Shown here piece by piece: positions 9,428-16,825 of a stretch of 32,000 nt of DNA. The stretch comes from an uncultured archaeon (lineage in GTDB: Archaea; Iainarchaeota; Iainarchaeia; Iainarchaeales; CSSED10-239): positions 5,157 to 37,156 of the forward strand of contig CAYXWT010000003.1 of assembly GCA_964468895.1 (NCBI GenBank). Reading direction: 5' to 3'. The notes below the pieces were generated by a model. The model made no database searches. It saw only the letters and a list, made by a program, of their open reading frames with translations, and had not been told where the DNA came from. The position numbers and the translations under genes are program-made. Position 1 is the stretch's first letter, and each line of letters begins with the position of its first letter.

Positions 9428-10547
9428 AATAATTATGAATTTAAATAAAAATTTAGATTTAAGTAAATTTTCTAAAAAGAAAATTGTTGTTGGTGTTTCA
9501 GGTGGTGTAGATTCATCTGTAACTTTAGCTTTACTTAAAGAAAAAGGTTTTGATCCAATTGCAGTTTATTTACAAATTCCAGTTTGGAATTCTAAAACCA
9601 ATTGTTTTGAAGTTAGTGGAAATTCTCTAAAAAATATAGAGGTAATAAAAAATATTTGTTTAAAATTAAAAATTAATTATTATATTTTAGATACAAGTAA
9701 AGATTTTGAAAAGATTGTAATAAACTATTTTTTAAAAGAATATAAAAGTATTAGAACTCCTAATCCATGTGTTTTCTGTAATAGATATTTTAAATTTAAA
9801 TATTTATTAGATTTTGCTAATAAAAATAAAATTTATTTTATAGCTACAGGGCACTATTCTAAAATTTTATTTTCTAAGAAAGAAAATACCTATAAATTAT
9901 ATAAGGCAAAAGATAATTTTAAAGATCAAAGTTATGGATTATCTTTACTGACTTCTAATCAACTTAAAAGAATTAAATTTCCTTTAGGTAATTATAGTAA
10001 AAAACAAATTTACTTATTTGCAGAAAAATATAATTTTAATATTTTTAAAAATGAAAGACAAAGTCAAGATATTTGTTTTCTTAAAAATTCTAATGTTAAT
10101 GATTATTTATCTAAAAATATTCCTAAAAAAAAAGGCCCTATCATAGATCTAAAAAACAATTGTGTTGGAAAGCACAATGGTCTTTTTTTATATACTATAG
10201 GCCAAAGAAGAGGTATAGGTTTATCTAAAATAAGTTATGTTTATAGATTTGACATATCTAAAAACCAATTAATAATTACAAATAATAAAGACGATATAAA
10301 ATGTACTGAAGTTTATTTAAAAGATTATAATTTTATTAATAATATAATTCTAACTAAACCAGAAAACTTTATGTGTAAAATAAGATATAAACATGATGCT
10401 TGTAAAGCAAAGATATTCCCACCTATAAATCATAAACTTAAAGTTGTTTTTAGTAAACCTCAAAGTTTAGTAGCTACAGGACAATATTTTGTATTTTATA
10501 AAAAAAATTGGTGTGTAGGTTGTGGAGTTGTTGAAAATTATAACTAA
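9417..10547 (+). CDS. mnmA: tRNA-specific 2-thiouridylase MnmA (bacterial/mitochondrial type)
   Basis: PP-loop VVGVSGGVDSSVT and both catalytic Cys contexts (RTPNPCVFCNRYFKF and QSQDICFL). The start overlaps the thiI stop by 11 nt; an alternative ATG lies at 9435. Confidence 0.85.
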   Translation: MIFRIIMNLNKNLDLSKFSKKKIVVGVSGGVDSSVTLALLKEKGFDPIAVYLQIPVWNSKTNCFEVSGNSLKNIEVIKNICLKLKINYYILDTSKDFEKIVINYFLKEYKSIRTPNPCVFCNRYFKFKYLLDFANKNKIYFIATGHYSKILFSKKENTYKLYKAKDNFKDQSYGLSLLTSNQLKRIKFPLGNYSKKQIYLFAEKYNFNIFKNERQSQDICFLKNSNVNDYLSKNIPKKKGPIIDLKNNCVGKHNGLFLYTIGQRRGIGLSKISYVYRFDISKNQLIITNNKDDIKCTEVYLKDYNFINNIILTKPENFMCKIRYKHDACKAKIFPPINHKLKVVFSKPQSLVATGQYFVFYKKNWCVGCGVVENYN

Positions 10548-10664
10548 AAAACCTATTTTGAAATAGATTTATTTTAAGATTTTTTCAAATTTAGTTTTTC
10601 TAAAGGTGTATTACAAAACACCTAAATGTAATGCTTTTTTAAATATTTAGGCTTATATATATTT

Positions 10665-11174
10665 ATGAAACTGGTAATTAGTGATGCATCAACTTTAATA
10701 CTTTTAACAAAATCAGAACTTATATTGCCGTTACTATCTAAATTTAAAATTATTATACCTAATGAAGTATATTTAGAAATATTAAAAGGTAAGGAAAAAG
10801 GAAAACAAGATGCTTATCAAATAGATTATTTGGTTAAACAAAATAAAATTCTAATAAAACAACCTAAAGAGGAAACAGTAAGTTTAATAAACAATTTATG
10901 TGTTTTAGATATTGGAGAACTTTATGCTATTGCTTTAGCAAAAGATCTTAATTTAAGTATATTAATTGATGATAAAAAAGGCATTAATACTTGTAATTTA
11001 TTTAATATTTATTTTTTAACTGCTTTACAAATCTTAAAGTTATTATATAAACATAAATTTGTTAGTAAAGCAAAAGCATTAAATTCATTATATAATTTAA
11101 AGAAAAATGGACGTTATAAAGAAAATGAAGTAAAAATAATTTATGATTTTTTAAAAGGTGGTTATTATGAATAA
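10665..11174 (+). CDS. PIN-like nuclease-fold protein (DUF3368 family), putative toxin
   Basis: MKLVISDASTLILL (N-terminal acidic residue after a beta strand), LDIGELYAIALAK and LIDDKKG match the acidic-residue layout of DUF3368/PIN-like proteins. It is paired with a UPF0175-type partner. Confidence 0.6.
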   Translation: MKLVISDASTLILLTKSELILPLLSKFKIIIPNEVYLEILKGKEKGKQDAYQIDYLVKQNKILIKQPKEETVSLINNLCVLDIGELYAIALAKDLNLSILIDDKKGINTCNLFNIYFLTALQILKLLYKHKFVSKAKALNSLYNLKKNGRYKENEVKIIYDFLKGGYYE

Positions 11175-11550
11175 AAAATATTCTTCAATAAGTTTAAGAT
11201 TAGAAAATGATTTGGTAGAAAAAATAGAACAAGTTTCTAGATTAGAAGATATTGAAAAATCAGTAATTTATAGACAATCTATAAAGAAAGGTATAAAAGA
11301 AATATTAAAAGAGTTAGCAATTAAATTGTATGTTGAAGAAAAACTAACAATATCAGGTGCTGCAAGACTATCTGATATGTATATAGGAGATTTTATGGAG
11401 CTTCTAGGAAAAAGAGGTATTAAAAATGAACTTCCTGATGAATATATGAGAATGGCAGATAAGAATGCGGAAAAACTATTTAAAAAAATTAACAAACTAA
11501 ATTCTCCTAAAAAGAAAGTCATTTATAAGGTTAATAAATACAAAAAATAA
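11167..11550 (+). CDS. putative antitoxin: RHH/CopG-like N-terminus fused to a UPF0175-like domain
   Basis: ISLRLENDLVEKIEQVSRLEDIEKSVIYRQSIKKGI (RHH-like strand-helix-helix) followed by LAIKLYVEEKLTISGAARLSDMYIGDFMELLGKRGI (UPF0175 signature). The ATG at 11167 overlaps the upstream stop (ATGAATAA). Confidence 0.55.
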   Translation: MNKKYSSISLRLENDLVEKIEQVSRLEDIEKSVIYRQSIKKGIKEILKELAIKLYVEEKLTISGAARLSDMYIGDFMELLGKRGIKNELPDEYMRMADKNAEKLFKKINKLNSPKKKVIYKVNKYKK

Positions 11551-11823
11551 TTATTTATTAAAAAGTATATTTATTATAGCTCCTTAGAATATTTTTTATT
11601 TTTTAAAAATTTGATATCTAAAATTAACTTACTTAATACTTTGAAAAAAATACTTGTTAATTAAAAAAGAAAGGTGTTATCCAAAAATATTGTTTTGGCA
11701 ATGCAATTTTATTATTATAATAAATAAAAAGTATATTTAAAGTATTATGTGCTATTATATATATTAAGTTCAATATTATATTTTAAACATAAAAAATAAT
11801 ATCTAATATTTAGTTGTGGTAAA

Positions 11824-13035
11824 ATGTCTGAAAATATATTTTATGAAATAATAAATCAAGATTCTGTTTTTATAGATAAAAACAAAATTTCACCACATTA
11901 TGCACCTGAAAAACTACTTTTTAGAGATTCAGAAATAAAAAATTTATCTTTATGGTTAGCTCCAGCTTTAAAAAACGCAAAACCACATAATGTTTTTATT
12001 TATGGTAAAGTTGGTACTGGTAAAACAACAGTAGTAAGACATGTTGTAAGTCAACTTGAAGATTTTGCAAAACAAAAATCTTTACCTTTAAGTACTGTTT
12101 ATTTAAATTGTAGAAATTATCAAACTAAATATGCAATTTTAATATATTGTGTACAATTATTTTATCCTAATCAAAACTTTTTTGGATATTCTAAATCTTT
12201 TGTTTATGATAAATTTTTAAAATATATTCAAGAAAAACAATTAAACTTTGTAATAACTTTAGATGAAATTGATAAAATTAAAGAGAAAGAAGTAGATGAT
12301 TTAATATACAGTTTAAGTAGATCTAATGATGAGATTGGAATTGGTTCTGTTTCTATTATTGGTATCTCTAACAATTTATTTTTTAAAACTAAATTAGATC
12401 CTAGAACTAAAAGTTCACTTTGTGAACAAGAAGCGGTGTATGCACCTTATAATGCTGAACAATTAAAAGAAATTTTAAAACAAAGAGTTGAACTTGCTTT
12501 TAAAAGTAATGTAGTTGAAGAGTCTGCAATTAATGTTGCAGCAGCTTTAGCTGCTAAAGAAAGTGGGGATGCAAGAACTGCTGTAATGCTTCTTTTAAGA
12601 GCAGGTGAGTTAGCAGATATTAATAAAGCTAGTAAAGTATATGATAGTGATGTAGTTAAAGCTAAAGAAAAAGTAGAAGTAGAAGTTATGAAAAGTATGC
12701 TGTTAACACTTCCTATTCAATTACAATTAGTTTTACTTGCTATAGCTAAACAATCTTTAAAACCAAGAGGTATACTTAAAATTACTGGTCAATTAGATTC
12801 TAATGTTCTTTATTCTGGAGAAGTTTATGAAAAATATGAAGATCAATGTAAAATTTATTCCGAAAAATGTGTTTCTATTAGATGGTTTAGAGAATATATT
12901 AATGAACTAGAAATTTATGGTTTTATTACAACAACTCTTTCAGGAAAAGGTATTAAAGGTAACACTACACTAATAAAATTAGGTGTAAATTCTAAGTTGT
13001 TGGTTAATATGATTTTAAAAGAATTTAATTCTTAG
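11824..13035 (+). CDS. cdc6: Orc1/Cdc6 replication initiator, paralogue 1
   Basis: Walker A FIYGKVGTGKTTV, Walker B VITLDEIDK, sensor-2 ESGDARTAVMLL, and a C-terminal winged-helix region. Confidence 0.9.
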   Translation: MSENIFYEIINQDSVFIDKNKISPHYAPEKLLFRDSEIKNLSLWLAPALKNAKPHNVFIYGKVGTGKTTVVRHVVSQLEDFAKQKSLPLSTVYLNCRNYQTKYAILIYCVQLFYPNQNFFGYSKSFVYDKFLKYIQEKQLNFVITLDEIDKIKEKEVDDLIYSLSRSNDEIGIGSVSIIGISNNLFFKTKLDPRTKSSLCEQEAVYAPYNAEQLKEILKQRVELAFKSNVVEESAINVAAALAAKESGDARTAVMLLLRAGELADINKASKVYDSDVVKAKEKVEVEVMKSMLLTLPIQLQLVLLAIAKQSLKPRGILKITGQLDSNVLYSGEVYEKYEDQCKIYSEKCVSIRWFREYINELEIYGFITTTLSGKGIKGNTTLIKLGVNSKLLVNMILKEFNS

Positions 13036-13055
13036 TTTTTTTTAAATCTCATTTG

Positions 13056-13105
13056 TAATTCTTTTTATTAACAATTGTATTATAATTCTTTTTATTAATA
13101 ATTGT
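13056..13105. repeat. two copies of a 23-nt direct repeat (1 mismatch), 27-nt period
   Basis: TAATTCTTTTTATTAACAATTGT (13056-13078) and TAATTCTTTTTATTAATAATTGT (13083-13105), starting 21 nt downstream of the orc1/cdc6 stop. Confidence 0.7.
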
Positions 13106-13139
13106 TAGTTATAATAAAATTTTTTAAAGTGATGTTCTT

Positions 13140-13350
13140 ATGTTTGTAAAAAATAAAAAAGTTATTTCAACAATAATTGCCGTAGTGATATTAATATTAG
13201 TTTCAGTATCCTAATGGAGATGGAATTGCAAGTTGGATTTATACTATAGAGTATCCTACTTGGGGAAGTTATGATTATAACATTTGTGTTTCAGACATTT
13301 ATGGTTCTTATTGTACTCTTATAGAAAATATAGCGTGTGATGAATGGTAA
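13140..13350 (+). pseudogene. frameshifted orphan mini-pilin-like gene
   Basis: ATG 13140 encodes MFVKNKKVISTIIAVVILILVSVS then TAA (13212). The +1 frame is open from 13201 and reads FQYPNGDGIASWIYTIEYPTWGSYDYNICVSDIYGSYCTLIENIACDEW to the stop at 13348-13350. The N-terminus resembles a class III signal/TM segment, and YPNGDG echoes YPDGDG in pilin 26011..26502. Confidence 0.3.
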
Positions 13351-13451
13351 CTTATTTCATTTTTTCTATTTTTTCTTTTTTAGTTATATTTTTATACTCT
13401 AATTGTTATTAATATATATAATGTATATTAAAAAGTTAAAAATGATGATTT

Positions 13452-13991
13452 ATGCCTGTTCAAAAACAACTTGTTGATTCTATTAGAGTTAAAATATTAT
13501 CTGCTATGACTAAAAAAAAAGCTATCACTCCTAATATTAAACAAATTAAAAAATATACAGGCTTTCATAGAACTACTATTAAATCTTCTATTAATTTTCT
13601 TGAAGAAAATAATTTTATAAATGGATATAGACCTTTACTTGATGCAGAAAAAGCAGGTTATAAATTAAAAACCAATACTTATTTACAAATTGATTTAGCC
13701 GATAAACAAAAATTTAAAGAATTTACTAAAATAGTTGATAAGGATCCTAATGTTATTAATTGTTCACAAGTTATTACCGATGAATATACTAATGTTTCTA
13801 TGTCTTATCTTTCTAAAAGTGTAGAAGATTATTATTCTAATATTCAACAAAAATATTATTTGAGCATTCCTAAGATTTTTGATTTTGTAAATAAAAGAAC
13901 TATTTATTATTTAACTAATCCTTATTATAAAAACAATAATGAAGTTGACACTGTTATTAATCTTTTAAAAAAAGAAAGAGGATTAGATTAA
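13452..13991 (+). CDS. Lrp/AsnC-like transcriptional regulator (wHTH + RAM-like domain)
   Basis: DSIRVKILSAM...IKQIKKYTGFHRTTIKSSINFLEENNFINGYRPLLDAEKAGY follows the Lrp/AsnC HTH pattern. It is followed by DPNVINCSQVITDEYTNVSMSYLSKSVEDYYSNI, which is RAM-domain-like. Confidence 0.45.
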   Translation: MPVQKQLVDSIRVKILSAMTKKKAITPNIKQIKKYTGFHRTTIKSSINFLEENNFINGYRPLLDAEKAGYKLKTNTYLQIDLADKQKFKEFTKIVDKDPNVINCSQVITDEYTNVSMSYLSKSVEDYYSNIQQKYYLSIPKIFDFVNKRTIYYLTNPYYKNNNEVDTVINLLKKERGLD

Positions 13992-13993
13992 AT

Positions 13994-14791
13994 ATGGATT
14001 TAGAAATTAGTTATAAACTTACTGTTGGAAAAAATGCTGATAACAAATATAAATTAAAACTAAAATATGAAAATAAAATTAAAGGTTTAGATATAGCTAT
14101 TGCAAATACTAGCAAAAAACTTGAAATTTTAAATAAAAATATAGATTCTAAAACTGAAAATATCAAATTTAGAAAATTAGAAAATATTTCTAAAGAGTGG
14201 TATGAAAAGTTTAGATGGTTTTTTACATTTAATAATAGTTTAGTTATTGGTGGTAAAGATTCTAAAAATAATGAGGTTGTAGTAAAAAAACATTTAGATG
14301 ATAATGATTTATATTTTCATGCAGATATTAATGGTGCACCTCATATGGTTTTAAAAAACCCACAAACTTTAGATTTAGAAGAAAGAAAAGAATGTGCCAT
14401 TTTTGCTGCAAGTTATTCTTCAGCTTGGAAAAGTAAAATATTTTCTTTAGATGTTTATTCTGTTAAATCTGATCAAGTTAGTAAAACTGCAAATCCTGGT
14501 GAATCTTTAGGAAAAGGAGCTTTTGTAATTAGAGGTAAAAGAGAATATTTTAGAAATGTAGATGTAAAATTAGCTATAGGTTATAATGCAATTTTAAAAA
14601 AAATAGTTTGTGGTCCAGTAAAATCTATTGAAAAAAGTTGTGATACTTTTTATGTGATAATACCTGGAGATACTAAAAAGTCAGATGTTGCAAAAATACT
14701 TAAAACCAAATTTGAAAATAAAGAAATATCAGTTCGTTTAGATAATTTAATTGCTATTCTTCCTTCTGGAGATACTAACATTGTTAAATAA
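13994..14791 (+). CDS. NFACT-R (DUF814) domain protein, short Rqc2/FbpA-family C-terminal-half homologue
   Basis: WYEKFRWFFTFNNSLVIGGKDSKNNEVVVKKH and LYFHADINGAPHMVLKNP are the hallmark DUF814/NFACT-R motifs. They are preceded by a coiled-coil-like Lys-rich segment. No NFACT-N region is present in this ORF. Confidence 0.75.
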   Translation: MDLEISYKLTVGKNADNKYKLKLKYENKIKGLDIAIANTSKKLEILNKNIDSKTENIKFRKLENISKEWYEKFRWFFTFNNSLVIGGKDSKNNEVVVKKHLDDNDLYFHADINGAPHMVLKNPQTLDLEERKECAIFAASYSSAWKSKIFSLDVYSVKSDQVSKTANPGESLGKGAFVIRGKREYFRNVDVKLAIGYNAILKKIVCGPVKSIEKSCDTFYVIIPGDTKKSDVAKILKTKFENKEISVRLDNLIAILPSGDTNIVK

Positions 14792-14792
14792 A

Positions 14793-14800
14793 TTTTTTTT
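14793..14800 (+). terminator. T8 run directly after the NFACT-R gene stop (archaeal oligo-T terminator candidate)
   Basis: TTTTTTTT begins 2 nt after the TAA at 14789-14791. Confidence 0.4.
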
Positions 14801-14873
14801 ATTTATGACTAGCTTAGAAATAAAAATACTATTGAACTGGTAGGGATTTAGGGATTTAGATATAATCTATATT

Positions 14874-14901
14874 TTAATTATGGCGAATTTGCCATAATTA
14901 A
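14874..14901. repeat. perfect 11-bp inverted repeat (hairpin or palindromic binding site)
   Basis: TTAATTATGGC (14874-14884), loop GAATTT, then GCCATAATTAA (14891-14901). Confidence 0.7.
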
Positions 14902-15191
14902 AAGTAAAGTTGGACTTAATAGTTATAAAATTAGTTATGAATAGAAAAACAAAATATATTCTTGTGAAGCTGATGTTTTAAATGTTGCTTTATTTAGATG
15001 TATTGTTAAAATTATTAAATAAATATATTTTTTTAAAAATAACTACTTCTTAAACTTTGCTATGGCCAAGTAGTTGGCTAAGAAATAGAAATATTATTGA
15101 GTTTATAGAAAATAATTAATAATAAAAATTTTAATTCCATCGAATTCGAGGGGTTTAGAAAGAATATTATATTAGATAACTTTATTTTTAG

Positions 15192-15321
15192 TCATAATTT
15201 TGACTTATAACTTGTATTTTTAGTCAAAAAAATGATTTTTAAGATATTTTTTAATTGAATATTGTGTTTAAATCATAATTTTGACTTATAATGTGTGTTT
15301 TTAGTCAAAAAAATAACTTTT
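15192..15321. repeat. duplicated 49-nt module (44/49 identical, 81-nt period), each copy with an 8-bp inverted repeat TTTTGACT-N16-AGTCAAAA
   Basis: Copy 1 (15192-15240) is TCATAATTTTGACTTATAACTTGTATTTTTAGTCAAAAAAATGATTTTT. Copy 2 (15273-15321) is TCATAATTTTGACTTATAATGTGTGTTTTTAGTCAAAAAAATAACTTTT. Copy 2 ends 27 nt before the likely ATPase start. Confidence 0.8.
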
Positions 15322-15347
15322 TAAACTGTTCTGTATATAATATAATT

Positions 15348-16628
15348 ATGGATGAGTTTGAATGCATTTCTTTTTTCGAAAACCACAAAAAAGAATTGGT
15401 TAAAAGTGTAGAAAATTATAATAAAAGATTAATAGTAAATGATATTGAAAAAGAAATTGTTGATTTTGAAAATGGAAGTAATAGAATTTTTATTTATTAT
15501 GGTCTTAGAGGTATTGGAAAATCAACAGCCTTATATCAAATAATATCTAAATACCCAAATTGTTTATTTATTGATGGTTCTACTATTAGAGAACTAAAAG
15601 TAGATTTTTTAAAATTAATTACAGAATACAAAAAACTAAAGAATTACAATGTGCTTTTAATAGATGAGATTAATGATATACCAAATTGGGGTAATTATTT
15701 AAAAACCTTTCAAGATATTTTAGGACTAAAAGTAATTGCTACAGGTTCATCAGCAATTAAAATATCTGCTCAAAAAAAAGAAATATTAAGAAGAGCAAGA
15801 TTTAAAGAAATGCAACCTCTTTCATTTAAAGAATATTTAAATATAAAGTATAATATAAATATAAATATTAATAAAGAGATAATTGAGACTATATTTTCAG
15901 AACCAAAAGATGCTTACCAAAAAGCTAAGCTTTTAATATTAAAAATAAAAGAAGATGATCCAAATATATGGATTCATTTTAGAGAATTTATATTTAATGG
16001 ATTTCCACAATCCTTTAAAAATTTGAATATTGATGAGTGTGCTGATCAGATAATAGATAAAATCATTTTAAATGATTTTCCAGAAATTTCAGGATTTAAT
16101 CTTACAAGTATTAAAAAAGCAAAAATGATAATTACTGCATTTTCACTTTATAAACCAGGTGACTTTTCATATGATACAATTGCTAGCAATTATTCATTAT
16201 CTAAAAATACTGTTGTAGAAATAATTAATTCATTTGTAGTGTCTTCATTATTAATTGAAACATTTACTAGTTCCAGTTTTGCAAATAAATTTAGAAAAAA
16301 AAGTAAATTTATATTTAGTTCATCTGCTATTAGATATGGTTTAATGAAAAAACATCCTGGAGTTGACCAAAATATAGGTTTTTTAAGAGAAGATAGTTTT
16401 GTTAGTGCTATGTATTACAATGGCATAGATGTTACTTATTTAAAAGATGGACGAAAGCAACCAGATTATTTAATTATAAAAGATGGAAAAAGATCTATAA
16501 TTGAAATTGGTGGCCCTTCAAAAAACACAAAACAATTACAAAAAGGTTTTTTATTAAAAGATAGTGATGTTGTTGATGTAATTGGAGATATTTGTATACT
16601 TCCTTTATATTTAGTAAATTTAATTTAA
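15348..16628 (+). CDS. COG1373-type AAA+ ATPase (AAA_14 + DUF4143 architecture)
   Basis: Walker A YYGLRGIGKSTALY, Walker B VLLIDEINDIPNW, then ATGSSAI...PLSFKEYL, typical of AAA_14. The C-terminal region has a PD-(D/E)xK-like QPDYLII...IIEIGG. I prefer the start at ATG 15348 (MDEFECISFF) because the track start 15291 lies inside the upstream repeat. Confidence 0.75.
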   Translation: MDEFECISFFENHKKELVKSVENYNKRLIVNDIEKEIVDFENGSNRIFIYYGLRGIGKSTALYQIISKYPNCLFIDGSTIRELKVDFLKLITEYKKLKNYNVLLIDEINDIPNWGNYLKTFQDILGLKVIATGSSAIKISAQKKEILRRARFKEMQPLSFKEYLNIKYNINININKEIIETIFSEPKDAYQKAKLLILKIKEDDPNIWIHFREFIFNGFPQSFKNLNIDECADQIIDKIILNDFPEISGFNLTSIKKAKMIITAFSLYKPGDFSYDTIASNYSLSKNTVVEIINSFVVSSLLIETFTSSSFANKFRKKSKFIFSSSAIRYGLMKKHPGVDQNIGFLREDSFVSAMYYNGIDVTYLKDGRKQPDYLIIKDGKRSIIEIGGPSKNTKQLQKGFLLKDSDVVDVIGDICILPLYLVNLI

Positions 16629-16825
16629 TATTTTTGTTTATTAGTTATAATTTATTTATATTAATATATATCATCTTATATTTAGATTTTTTTTAGGAAA
16701 ATTTAAAATGTAAACTCTAACAAAATTAGGGTTTTATTTTTATAAGACATTTTTATAAATGCATTCTTACATAATTATATATTATAATATTGTTAATTAA
16801 ATTCTAATTTTTAGATGTGATTTAT

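Noticed and set aside
11268-11522. 84-aa minus-strand ORF inside the antitoxin-like gene
   Set aside because: It is antisense to an ORF with recognisable RHH/UPF0175 motifs. It has no motifs or start context of its own.
15059-15082. D-arm-like TGGCCAAGTAGTTGGCTAAG suggesting a tRNA (Leu/Ser-type D-loop)
   Set aside because: It folds better as a simple 6-7 bp hairpin with a tetraloop. The flanking sequence is almost pure A/T and cannot form acceptor, anticodon or T arms.
15291-15347. ORF-track start (ATG 15291, MCVFSQKNNFLNCSVYNII...) for the COG1373 ATPase
   Set aside because: The first 19 codons fall inside copy 2 of the upstream repeat module and add a non-conserved-looking Cys/Asn-rich extension. 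ATG 15348 gives a typical distance to the Walker A.
14841-16740. Recurrent TAGGG(A)TTT / TTAGGGTTT words (14841, 14849, 15152, 16726) reminiscent of telomere-type repeats
   Set aside because: There are only 2.5 tandem copies at one site. The other occurrences are isolated 7-8-mers and are not statistically compelling without a genome-wide count. The tandem copy is reported within the long-spacer finding only.
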